From an uncultured Alphaproteobacteria bacterium (GTDB lineage Bacteria; Pseudomonadota; Alphaproteobacteria; CAAHEQ01; UBA3637), in contig CAJOPC010000021.1 of NCBI GenBank assembly GCA_905236245.1, forward strand, positions 1 through 48,963: a stretch of 48,963 bases of DNA, read 5' to 3'. Both the position numbers and the translations under genes were made by a program. This document shows, piece after piece, positions 36,742-45,949 of this stretch. The first letter of the stretch is position 1. Each line of letters begins with the position of its first letter. The notes under the pieces were generated by a model that was not told the origin of the DNA, made no database searches, and saw only the letters and a program-made list of their open reading frames with translations.

Positions 36742-38433
36742 GTGAAAAAGAAGGTATTTTTAAAGGGGGTTTTACCTTTATTAACAGGGGCAGTTTCTGC
36801 TATTTCTCTTTCTGCAATTGCGCAAAATTTGCCGGCGGATCCGCAAGCGGCTCAATTGGCCGATGCTATGGCTGGAACAGCGGGAGAATATGATGAAGTC
36901 AATTTGGATTATATTCATTCGTTGGGAATGCAACAAAAAGCGTGGAATAATCCATTAGCTCACATGGGTGCTGGTCAAACAAAACCAGGTTATTCAAAGT
37001 ATAATTGGACGCCTGATACTGTTTTGCCTGTGCGTGTGCGTGAAGGCATGATGACATTGATCAACTTGCCCGCATGGGAGTTGATAGAAAATGCACACAT
37101 TGGTTCTCCGGAATCTTTTTATGGTAAAGTGGTGGCGCCAAATTCAATCATGATTTATGCGGAACCTTCCTATATCGGTGTGGATAGTAACATGATTTTG
37201 TTTGGACGCTCTGGAAATCGATATGTGTTCTATTTGCGTAGTGAAACATTTAACACAGATAAAATCACACAATCCGTTGTGGATGTATTGGTTGGTCCGC
37301 GTTGGACGCCTGTCGCTGATGGTGGACAGATGCGTGAAGGAAATGGAACATCTACCATGGCCTCTATGCCGACAATCAATTTGGCTGGCGGATTTTCTAC
37401 GGGAACATCTGGTTCTGTTGCTAATGCTTCTGTGGCTCAAAATATCGCAGATGAGTGGAAAAATAGTGTTCCTATGGACCCTGAGAGCTTGAAATTTGAT
37501 TTGGATATGTTTTTGCCAAATCCTGATGATGTGGATATCGCTCCGGATAATATTTGGAGAGATAATATTTTCACCTATATTGATTTGGGACCGAAGGCAT
37601 TGACGATGACACAGCGTCCTGTGGTTAGTTTGTTAGTGCAAGATACAGAGGTGCCAGTCGGATTTAGAACGCGTGGCGCGAATAGTCGTTTGATTGTTGT
37701 AGAAGCAATTGGTGATTTAGTGTTGCGTAATGGTCAAAAAGTTATTTGTATTAAATTAAGACGTGATCCTGCGGCTGGTTTGGAATATACGGATTATAGC
37801 GGATTTAATGAAAAACCATATGCGTATTTGCAACAGTTGCCGTCACGTTCTGGAGATATGCCGAACCCAGAAGTGACTTTGAATAACGGATCTATGTTGC
37901 ATGGTAGCAGTCCATATGTTTCAGCACAAAATGGCGGTGGCGTTGTAAATGCTGGTTATGCTACGGAAACGGGTGGATTAAATCCATATGCAACGCCTTC
38001 ATATGCAATGCCTTCTTATTGTGCGGATACGACAGGCGCAAATCGTTGTGCTGCCGGTGGAACATGGCAGGATATTCGTCCAATTCCTGAATCTGCAGTC
38101 AATTATGCCCCGGCTTATGCTGGTGTAGAGGCTGCAACGGCTGATCGTGGAACGGTCTTGCCTGTGGCGGTCAATGAGACAATCGCTTTAGAGTTTGGTA
38201 CGGCGCCTGATATTGCAGACTTGGAAAAGCTGTGGGAGCAAGTATATGCGGCTAATGCAGATATTTTATCTGGATATGATCCATATTATTCCGTCGATGC
38301 TTCTGCAAACGGCGAGATGGCGGATCTGTTCCGTTTAAGGGCCGGCACTGTGAAAGATGCTGAAACCGGAGACGCCTTGTGCCGTAAGTTGGGTCGTCGA
38401 GGATACTCATGCTCGGTTGTGCGTATTAAATAA
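36742..38433 (+). CDS. virB9: VirB9/TrbG outer-membrane core subunit fused to a C-terminal SPOR domain
   Basis: Signal peptide; TLINLP..E.I....IG, SNM......NRY.F.L, P..IW.D..FTY, LVLRNGQKVICI; C-terminal FRLRAG....A...ALC..L...G.SC. Confidence 0.85.
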   Translation: MKKKVFLKGVLPLLTGAVSAISLSAIAQNLPADPQAAQLADAMAGTAGEYDEVNLDYIHSLGMQQKAWNNPLAHMGAGQTKPGYSKYNWTPDTVLPVRVREGMMTLINLPAWELIENAHIGSPESFYGKVVAPNSIMIYAEPSYIGVDSNMILFGRSGNRYVFYLRSETFNTDKITQSVVDVLVGPRWTPVADGGQMREGNGTSTMASMPTINLAGGFSTGTSGSVANASVAQNIADEWKNSVPMDPESLKFDLDMFLPNPDDVDIAPDNIWRDNIFTYIDLGPKALTMTQRPVVSLLVQDTEVPVGFRTRGANSRLIVVEAIGDLVLRNGQKVICIKLRRDPAAGLEYTDYSGFNEKPYAYLQQLPSRSGDMPNPEVTLNNGSMLHGSSPYVSAQNGGGVVNAGYATETGGLNPYATPSYAMPSYCADTTGANRCAAGGTWQDIRPIPESAVNYAPAYAGVEAATADRGTVLPVAVNETIALEFGTAPDIADLEKLWEQVYAANADILSGYDPYYSVDASANGEMADLFRLRAGTVKDAETGDALCRKLGRRGYSCSVVRIK

Positions 38434-38442
38434 GGATTTTTA

Positions 38443-41400
38443 ATGGCAGAGAATCGGAAAAGCTTATCAGAACAATCAAAACAACGGACAACTTGGATTT
38501 TATCCGTTATGGGTTTGATCATTTTGATGTTGTTTATTGTGGTTTTCTGCTCTTTAAGACAGAAAGAAGCTCCTGTTGTGCGTCAACAAGAACAAGATGT
38601 CTTTACGGTGACATCCACATTAGATGACGCAAATAATGGAGATTCGGGGATCCCCGATTGGAATGCGGAAAAAGCACAATTAATTATTAATCCCGCCGAG
38701 GTTGATTTAGGTAAAGCAATTTTGGGGGCGACAGCTGAGGCCAATGTTATTTTAAGAGCGGAAGATGCCCCGATTGTCTTTTTGCAAAAGTATCTAGCGG
38801 AAACGACGGATAATGGTTTTATCTTGACGGGTCCTTGTATGGAAAAAACGCAATTGAATGCGGGCGAGGAATGTGTATTGAAAGTTACTTGGACGCCTGT
38901 GACAGTGCGCAACATACAAAATGTATTGACAATTGTATGGCGGACTGATGATCCTCGAGTTTTGCGTGATCAAAGAAGCCAAATCCAATTAAGAGCAAGT
39001 TCGACAGATTCTAAAGATTGTGTTTGTTGTGAAATCGAAAAAGAAACAGAGCCTGTTGTTCCTCAAAAGGGTGTCAATGTTGCGACCGGTGAGGAAGTTG
39101 AAATCAAAGATGGCAAGGTCATCGTAGATGGTAAAGAGATCGAAGTCAAAGGAGAAGTTGCTATTGATCCGGACAGCGATATTTTTGTTATTGTTGAGCC
39201 AGAACGCATAGCATTAAGTTTGGATAATAAGTTTTTGGGTCGTGTTTCCGATCGTCGTACGGTCGTAGATGCAGAAGGTAAAACTATTGGTCGGTTATTA
39301 GGAGATGATACATTAGTTGATTCTAATTTCAATATTTTAGGGGCAGCGCTACCATTGGTTTCTGTATTAGATGCTCAAGGCGCCGTTATTGGTAAAACAG
39401 AGGTCACTCAAGATGGAAAAAATGTTCGTGTTGTTGATGCAGATGGCGAAATTGGAACTTTGAGAGTAGATGGATCTGTTGTGGATAGATCGGGCACTCA
39501 AATCGGTATGTTGCGCGATTGGGGTATGGCCATGGATTTGTCTGGCGAGTTGATGGGGGCGGTTTTGCCAACAGGTGTGGTTGTTAATTCAAACAAGAAA
39601 GCTTTAGGACATATTCAACAAAATGGCTTTATTTTGGATGATAGCGGTATCTTGATTGGTGGTGTTGTGCCAAAAGGTATTGCGGTCGGAACAGGATGTC
39701 GTTCATATGGAACGATTGCGTTAAATGGTCAGGTTAAGGATTCATATGGTCAGGTTGTTGGTCGAGTGATGTTGGATCGAGGTGTTGTTGATACAAACTT
39801 TAACGAGCTTGGTGCGGCAGTGTCTGCGGGTGTTATCGTTGATATGAAAGGCCAAGTAATTGGGTTTGTTAATTCAGAAGGTAAAGCTGTTGATGGTAAA
39901 GGTTCTTTAATTGGATGTATTGCGCCGAACGGAGTGGTGTCTGCAGGCAAGAAGAACGTAGGCGGTATTTTGCAAAAAGGTAAAGTGACAAGTAATACAT
40001 GCGGTGTGTTGGGTTCTGTATATCCAGATGCAAGTGTTATGAATCAAGATGTTCAACCCATTGGAAAAGTGCGTTCGGATGGATATGTTATTGACAAGCA
40101 AAATAACCGTTTAGGTATTGTTGTTCCTCGGGGCACAGTGCTTGCTGAAGCTTGTAATTTGATGGGTGTTATTTCTGTTACCGGTCAGGTGATTAATACA
40201 AAAGGGATGTCTATCGGATGTATCAATATGTCTCGCCAAGCTGTCGATACAGAAGGCCGAGAAATTGGTAAAATAACTCCGACGGGACCGGTATTGGCCG
40301 CAGATGGTACTTTGGTTGGTCGAGCAAGATATGATGGACGAATTATTGATAAATCCGGGAAAGTAATTGATTGTATTAATCCAGATGGTAGTAGCTCTGT
40401 GGGACAATCCGCAGGTAGTGGCCGTGGTAATGGTGCAATTTTTGATGATAATGGTTTGCCGACAGGGTGGACTTCTTTGGCTGGTAAATGTTATGATGAA
40501 CGCAATGATGAAGTTGGTACTATTGCTTTCAATGGTTGGGTTTCTGATAAAAACGGACGGTTGATCGGATTTATGCCGCCAAATGGTTTTGTTGTTTCTT
40601 CTTCTGGATCCATTTTAGGTAATTATAACGCATTGTTGGGCTTGGTTCAAAATTTGAACGGAGATGAGTTAGGTCGTGTTATGCCCGATTGGACGGTTTT
40701 AAATGTTGATGGAACTGAAATTTTAGGAGCTCTTATTCCTTCAAATGCTGGATTTGTTGATTTGTCTGGTAAAGTTATCGGGCGTTTAAATGGGGATGGT
40801 AAGGCAATCAATGCAGAAGGCAGTGTATTAGGTAAAGTTTTGGCTGATGGTGCTTTGTATGGAAATGATAATGCATTGCTTGGTGGTATGGTTCCTACCG
40901 GAGCGGTGTTGTCTTCATTGGGCGCATATGTTGGATTGGCCAATGAACAAGGAGATGTGTTGGCTCAAGGAACCCGTATTGGTCGTGCTCTTTCCAATGG
41001 ATTGGTTGTTACACCGGATAATCGTATATTGGGCCGTGTATGGATGCCAATGTCTGTTTTGGTGTCTGGAGAAGGTGTTATTGGAACGATTGTTCCTAAG
41101 GCTGTGAATAAATCTGATAGCACTGCTTATCAGTTGGCCGGATATGATAAGACGGGCAATTATCTTGGAAGTGTTTCTCCATTTGGTGTTTTACTATCTA
41201 GTGATGGGCGTTTAGGTGGTAGGGCCGTGCCGATTACCATGGTTGTTGATACCAGTCGTCGTTTTATTGGTTGGGTTAATTTTAAAGGACAAGTTGTAAA
41301 TGCCGAAGGGCAAGGTGTTGGTGTTTTAATGGGCGATGGCCTTGTTTTGGACAGCGACGGACATTTGGTTGGAACCGTTGTTCGTAAAGGAACTGTTGTG

Positions 41401-44400
41401 AATTCTCAAGGTGAATTTATGGGAATGGTTGGTGTTGATGGTGTGGTTCAAACTGCCAGTGGCGCGACACCCTTATTTATTGGGCCATCGGATGTTATGA
41501 TGTCGTCTGATTTTAAGACAGAAGGTCGGTTGTTGCCTATCGGTTTAGGAATGTCTGTAGTCAAAGGTTTACAAGGTTGGACACAGGCGGATGGCCAAAT
41601 TGCTAATGCCTCCGGCGTTGTTGGACGTGTGTTTGCGGATAATCGTGTTCAAGATGGGGCCGGTGTTATTACAAGCGGATATATCCCATTGGGGGCACCT
41701 TCTGTGCATGAGACGGTTTCCGGCATTGTGAATGAGGTAGGTAATGTTGTATCTGTGGCCGGTAAAACTTTGGGTGTTGTTTTAGCCCCGGATTATACAA
41801 TCCAGAATGGTTTGTTGGTTGGGCGTATACGCACGCAATCTGTATTTGTTCGGAATATAACGAATCCTGAACCTGTGGGCCCAGCCTCTTTGGATGGTTC
41901 TGTTTATCGGGAGCGCACGGTTAAAAGTGTTGCCGATTTAATGTTGAATAATTTTGCGGTAGATTCGAATAAGAAGGTAATGGCTTGTGCCGTTCCTGCT
42001 GGTTATGCGACGGCTGTGAATTTGACGCCATTGGGCGTAGAAGATGAAATGGGTTCAATCGCAAAAGATACAAAGGTTCAAGCACAAAGTTCCGGTTTGG
42101 GTATTACATATTTGAATTCCAGCACGATCAATGGTGGTATTTTTGCCCCAGGATTAGTGGTTGATAAAAATGGTGCTATTTTAGGCAGAAGTAATGCATT
42201 GAGTGATGTTGTGGATAAAAGCGGTAAAAAGATTGCTTCGCGGATGGCTTTTGATTCAGCTTTAACAGAAGAAACAATTTGGGCCGGCGGTGTAATTCGC
42301 ACAGGTGCGGTTATTGATGACTATGCTAAAAAGGTTGGCGCTGTCGCTGCGGATGGAACTTTAGTTGGTGTTGCAAACTCTTTTAAAGGGCGTATTTTGT
42401 CGGATGGTTCAGCCGTTGGTGTTTCGGAGCCGGAAGTTTATAATTCTATGCCATATGTCGGACATTTAACTTCTCAAGGAGTGCCGTTCAGCTATGAGCG
42501 AACGATTATTGGTCGCACAACATTGCAGGGCGATGTGATAGATGCTTCTAATAAAGTGCTTTTCCAAACATTGGATGATGGAACGATTTTAGGAAAGACT
42601 CGGCCTTTGGAAGGTGTTATTTTGCCGTTTAGAACAGCGGTATCTCAACAAAATACAGTTTTGGGAATCATGGATGGTGATGCGCATGTTCTTTCTCCAA
42701 GTGGGGAAGATGTTGGCCCTGTGGCGAATAATGGTGCGGTTAAAGGTGATCATGAATTAAAGGATATCGGTGGTTTAATTCCGGATACTTTGGTTGTGAA
42801 TAATTGTAAAGTTATTGGTCAAACAGCTTATAACGGTGAAGTGGTGAATGGTCAAGGTAATACAGTTGGTCGTATGCAACCAGATGAATGGGCGGAAGAT
42901 ACGCAAGGTAAAAAATTAGGGCGTTCGGTGCGCTATGGACCTGTGACAGGTCTAGAAACAACGGCATGGAATTATGTAGGGCGTGTGTTGCCAGATTCAA
43001 CGGTTGTGAATCCTGATGGTGTGTTGATTGGGTGCGCTCAAAATGATAAGATGGTGTTAGATTCTTCGGGCGAAGAAATTGGCCGTGTTAGAAGCCGTGG
43101 TCCAGTATTTAACAAAGAACACAGAATGTTTGGTCGTGTAGATGCTATGGGTCGAGTAGTTGGCGTGGACAATGAAATCCTTGGATTTATTGCTGGCCGT
43201 GAAGATAAAGCTTATAACTTTGAAGGTAAAGAAATTGGTTGGATGGCTTCACGTGAAGACGAGTTGTTCTTTAATCCGGATGGGACATTGGCCAAAGTTT
43301 TGAGTCGTGAAGGTGATGTGAAAGATGCTGATGGCAACTTCCTGTTTAGAATTGATCAAAAAACAGGCAAAATTTACGATAAATATGGCAATGAAATTGG
43401 TCAGTTAGGGGAAGAAAATTATGTGTACTTATATGATATGGAAGATCATATTGTTGCTCGGTTAGTGGGATGTGAATTGAAAAAGTTGCCCGAAGGGAAC
43501 AAGATGGGTATGTTATTAGCGGATGGAACAATCCAAGATGACAATGGTGAATTGATTTTATCTGCAACGCCCGATGGTAAAGTGTTTAATCCAGATGGAA
43601 CTCAGTATGGTCGTTTTTCCGGTATAGGTTTGGATTTGCGTCGATGCGGATTGTCGGGAACTAATGCTGCGGCTAGTCGTAAAATCGTTTGGGGCGGCAA
43701 ACCTTATACAGTTGAAAATGGTATGATTTTAAATGAACAGGGTGAGGGCATTGGTTATATTGATGAGAATGGTAGGCCTTATTGGTTTGATAAAGCTAAG
43801 CCAGAAGTTATTAAGCCTCGGGAAGATCCTCGGGTGCGTCCTGACTTGCCAAAGCCACGTAAGCTGACGCCAGAGGAACGCGAAAGAATGGTAGATATTG
43901 TGAATAAGCGCCGTAAATTGATGCAAAAGGAATTGGGTAAACCTGTCGAAATTCCCGGATATATTAAGGCGATGGCAAAGAAACACAAAGACAAGGATTG
44001 GGGGAGCGATAAGGCTGTTTCTACTTGGCCGGTTGATATGTCCAATGTGCTGTTAGCCGATAAGGCAATTCCTGCTGTTTTGGTTCGGTCTATTGATTCT
44101 CGTTATGCGGACGTGCCTGTGACGGCGATGGTAGAACGTCATATTTATGCTGAAGAAGGCCGGCGTATTTTGATCCCAGCGGGCAGCCATTTGATTGGTG
44201 AAGCGTCCGGAGGAGCTGCCGGTGCAGGTGGTATTTGGGATACTAGCAAAATTGCTATTTCATGGAAGCGGTTGATTCGTCCGGATGGGGCTGCATTTAA
44301 ATTTTCAGCAACATCAGGTGACGCACAAGGTCGTGGCGGTGTTGCGGCTTATTTGGATGATCGGTTCTTTGAAAAGTATGCTCGTCCGGTCTTGGCAACA

Positions 44401-44937
44401 TTTGCCGAAGGCGCCGTGTTAAAGGCAACCGAGTTGAATCAGTCTGATGAAGAAAAGGCAGCAGAGGCAAGTGCTTCGGGTGAAACGCCGGGTAAGCAGA
44501 CACGTGATATGTTGATTAAGAACTTTAAAGATATTTATGATCAGATGATCGAAGCCGCTGGTAGTGTTGAGACAATTGTTTATGTTCCATCCGGAACGCG
44601 GATAACCGTATTTGCCAATACCGATTTGTGGTTGCGTTCTGTGAGTGATGATGTGGAGGATGAGTCAAAAGGAAATTTGGTTGGAAATTTATTTGAGTCT
44701 AAAGATTCAGAAACAGGAGATGTCGAGCCATGGACTAAAGCTCGTTCAAAAGAGATGCAAGATGGTGCTGGCTCAGATGATGATATGGGCGGGGATTCCG
44801 GTGCATCGGGTGGTGGCCGGTTAAATCCTACGCCTGATGTGGATGCTATCTACGAGCCAGAATTGCCAGATGATTTAGATAATCGAACAGTTTTGCCTGT
44901 CGGTAGTCAAGAATCAGACGACAAGAATTATTTTTAG
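38443..44937 (+). CDS. virB10: Giant VirB10/TrbI protein (2164 aa): TM, Ig-like domain, 17-aa repeat array, TrbI domain
   Basis: TrbI motifs IPAVL..SIDS, ILIPAGS.LIG, W.RLIRPDG, DAQGRGG, TIVYVPSGTRITVF; lies between virB9 and virB11. Confidence 0.9.
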   Translation: MAENRKSLSEQSKQRTTWILSVMGLIILMLFIVVFCSLRQKEAPVVRQQEQDVFTVTSTLDDANNGDSGIPDWNAEKAQLIINPAEVDLGKAILGATAEANVILRAEDAPIVFLQKYLAETTDNGFILTGPCMEKTQLNAGEECVLKVTWTPVTVRNIQNVLTIVWRTDDPRVLRDQRSQIQLRASSTDSKDCVCCEIEKETEPVVPQKGVNVATGEEVEIKDGKVIVDGKEIEVKGEVAIDPDSDIFVIVEPERIALSLDNKFLGRVSDRRTVVDAEGKTIGRLLGDDTLVDSNFNILGAALPLVSVLDAQGAVIGKTEVTQDGKNVRVVDADGEIGTLRVDGSVVDRSGTQIGMLRDWGMAMDLSGELMGAVLPTGVVVNSNKKALGHIQQNGFILDDSGILIGGVVPKGIAVGTGCRSYGTIALNGQVKDSYGQVVGRVMLDRGVVDTNFNELGAAVSAGVIVDMKGQVIGFVNSEGKAVDGKGSLIGCIAPNGVVSAGKKNVGGILQKGKVTSNTCGVLGSVYPDASVMNQDVQPIGKVRSDGYVIDKQNNRLGIVVPRGTVLAEACNLMGVISVTGQVINTKGMSIGCINMSRQAVDTEGREIGKITPTGPVLAADGTLVGRARYDGRIIDKSGKVIDCINPDGSSSVGQSAGSGRGNGAIFDDNGLPTGWTSLAGKCYDERNDEVGTIAFNGWVSDKNGRLIGFMPPNGFVVSSSGSILGNYNALLGLVQNLNGDELGRVMPDWTVLNVDGTEILGALIPSNAGFVDLSGKVIGRLNGDGKAINAEGSVLGKVLADGALYGNDNALLGGMVPTGAVLSSLGAYVGLANEQGDVLAQGTRIGRALSNGLVVTPDNRILGRVWMPMSVLVSGEGVIGTIVPKAVNKSDSTAYQLAGYDKTGNYLGSVSPFGVLLSSDGRLGGRAVPITMVVDTSRRFIGWVNFKGQVVNAEGQGVGVLMGDGLVLDSDGHLVGTVVRKGTVVNSQGEFMGMVGVDGVVQTASGATPLFIGPSDVMMSSDFKTEGRLLPIGLGMSVVKGLQGWTQADGQIANASGVVGRVFADNRVQDGAGVITSGYIPLGAPSVHETVSGIVNEVGNVVSVAGKTLGVVLAPDYTIQNGLLVGRIRTQSVFVRNITNPEPVGPASLDGSVYRERTVKSVADLMLNNFAVDSNKKVMACAVPAGYATAVNLTPLGVEDEMGSIAKDTKVQAQSSGLGITYLNSSTINGGIFAPGLVVDKNGAILGRSNALSDVVDKSGKKIASRMAFDSALTEETIWAGGVIRTGAVIDDYAKKVGAVAADGTLVGVANSFKGRILSDGSAVGVSEPEVYNSMPYVGHLTSQGVPFSYERTIIGRTTLQGDVIDASNKVLFQTLDDGTILGKTRPLEGVILPFRTAVSQQNTVLGIMDGDAHVLSPSGEDVGPVANNGAVKGDHELKDIGGLIPDTLVVNNCKVIGQTAYNGEVVNGQGNTVGRMQPDEWAEDTQGKKLGRSVRYGPVTGLETTAWNYVGRVLPDSTVVNPDGVLIGCAQNDKMVLDSSGEEIGRVRSRGPVFNKEHRMFGRVDAMGRVVGVDNEILGFIAGREDKAYNFEGKEIGWMASREDELFFNPDGTLAKVLSREGDVKDADGNFLFRIDQKTGKIYDKYGNEIGQLGEENYVYLYDMEDHIVARLVGCELKKLPEGNKMGMLLADGTIQDDNGELILSATPDGKVFNPDGTQYGRFSGIGLDLRRCGLSGTNAAASRKIVWGGKPYTVENGMILNEQGEGIGYIDENGRPYWFDKAKPEVIKPREDPRVRPDLPKPRKLTPEERERMVDIVNKRRKLMQKELGKPVEIPGYIKAMAKKHKDKDWGSDKAVSTWPVDMSNVLLADKAIPAVLVRSIDSRYADVPVTAMVERHIYAEEGRRILIPAGSHLIGEASGGAAGAGGIWDTSKIAISWKRLIRPDGAAFKFSATSGDAQGRGGVAAYLDDRFFEKYARPVLATFAEGAVLKATELNQSDEEKAAEASASGETPGKQTRDMLIKNFKDIYDQMIEAAGSVETIVYVPSGTRITVFANTDLWLRSVSDDVEDESKGNLVGNLFESKDSETGDVEPWTKARSKEMQDGAGSDDDMGGDSGASGGGRLNPTPDVDAIYEPELPDDLDNRTVLPVGSQESDDKNYF
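39205..43790 (+). repeat. Protein-level array of ~17-aa VxDxxGxxIGxVxxDG repeats in VirB10 (approximate bounds)
   Basis: Examples: QVKDSYGQVVGRVMLDR / VIVDMKGQVIGFVNSEG / KAVDGKGSLIGCIAPNG / SVMNQDVQPIGKVRSDG; diverged at the DNA level. Confidence 0.85.
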
Positions 44938-44951
44938 GAGTTTAAATTTAA

Positions 44952-45938
44952 ATGGGTGGCGGATTAGTTGATTCATACAGAGTTTTGGAAATGGCTTTGA
45001 AGCCCTTGTCATATTGGTATAGTCAAGACAATGTGGAAGATGTTGCAGTCAATAATCCTGGCGGTATATGGTTGCGTCTTCGAGGTCGTCATGCGCATCC
45101 GTGGCATTATTATGAAGATCCAAAACTAACAAGAGAATATTTGTATAATATTATGTATTTGATTGCAAATACATTGGAACAGCCGTTTGGTCCAGAGATT
45201 CAAATTCCGATGCTTTACACGGATTTGCCCGGCGGACACCGTTTCGGCGGTATTATGGGGCAAAATGTGCGTTATGATGAAAATGATTTGGAGGGCGGTA
45301 TTGCATTCGATATCCGTGTTTATCGGCCAGATGTTGATATTAAAATGGAAGAATTTGGTTTGGTCAAAGGTGGTCGCTTACATCAATTGAATCGTTTGAA
45401 AAATGTGGAAGATCCGGATGATCCGTATGAGCGATTGGTTTTATCTATCAAACGTGGAGATCATTTGTTGATCAGTGGTGGAACGGCGACCGGTAAAACA
45501 ACATTTTTAAATAATATCTTGAAATTATTGGATGAACACAAGCGTATTGTGACGGTTGAAGATACACGAGAATTGATTGTTCATCAACCGAATCATGTAC
45601 ATTTGTTGGTTTCTCGTGCTGGTGCGGCAAACAAATTTGGTTATGCTCAAGTGGTGGACTTGGTTAACCGTTTTACGCCGGATTCTATTATTTGCGGAGA
45701 GATTTCAACAGATAATGCTTCTGCTATATGGGAATTGATGAATACTGGTCACGATAACTGCTTTGCAACTATTCACGCAGATAGTGCGGAAACGGCTTAT
45801 CGCGCTTTTATCAGCCGAATTATGCATACAAATCGTGAGCTGGATCAAGATAAAACATTTAAAGAAATGAAAGAGCGGTTGCGTGTTGTTCAAATCAATC
45901 GTGATGGAAATATTCGTGCAATTACTGCTATTACTTAA
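44952..45938 (+). CDS. virB11: VirB11-family secretion ATPase
   Basis: DVAVNNPG, Walker A GGTATGKT, Asp box VEDTREL, Walker B PDSIICGE and His box NTGH..ATIHA. Confidence 0.92.
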   Translation: MGGGLVDSYRVLEMALKPLSYWYSQDNVEDVAVNNPGGIWLRLRGRHAHPWHYYEDPKLTREYLYNIMYLIANTLEQPFGPEIQIPMLYTDLPGGHRFGGIMGQNVRYDENDLEGGIAFDIRVYRPDVDIKMEEFGLVKGGRLHQLNRLKNVEDPDDPYERLVLSIKRGDHLLISGGTATGKTTFLNNILKLLDEHKRIVTVEDTRELIVHQPNHVHLLVSRAGAANKFGYAQVVDLVNRFTPDSIICGEISTDNASAIWELMNTGHDNCFATIHADSAETAYRAFISRIMHTNRELDQDKTFKEMKERLRVVQINRDGNIRAITAIT

Positions 45939-45949
45939 AGGAGAAAAGT

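Noticed and set aside
26164-44503. Numerous 60-145 aa minus-strand ORFs within the T4SS region
   Set aside because: Antisense shadows of long plus-strand genes, without RBS or recognisable motifs
44952-45938. Tad/CpaF pilus ATPase instead of VirB11
   Set aside because: Short 328-aa length, position directly after virB9-virB10, and no tad genes nearby
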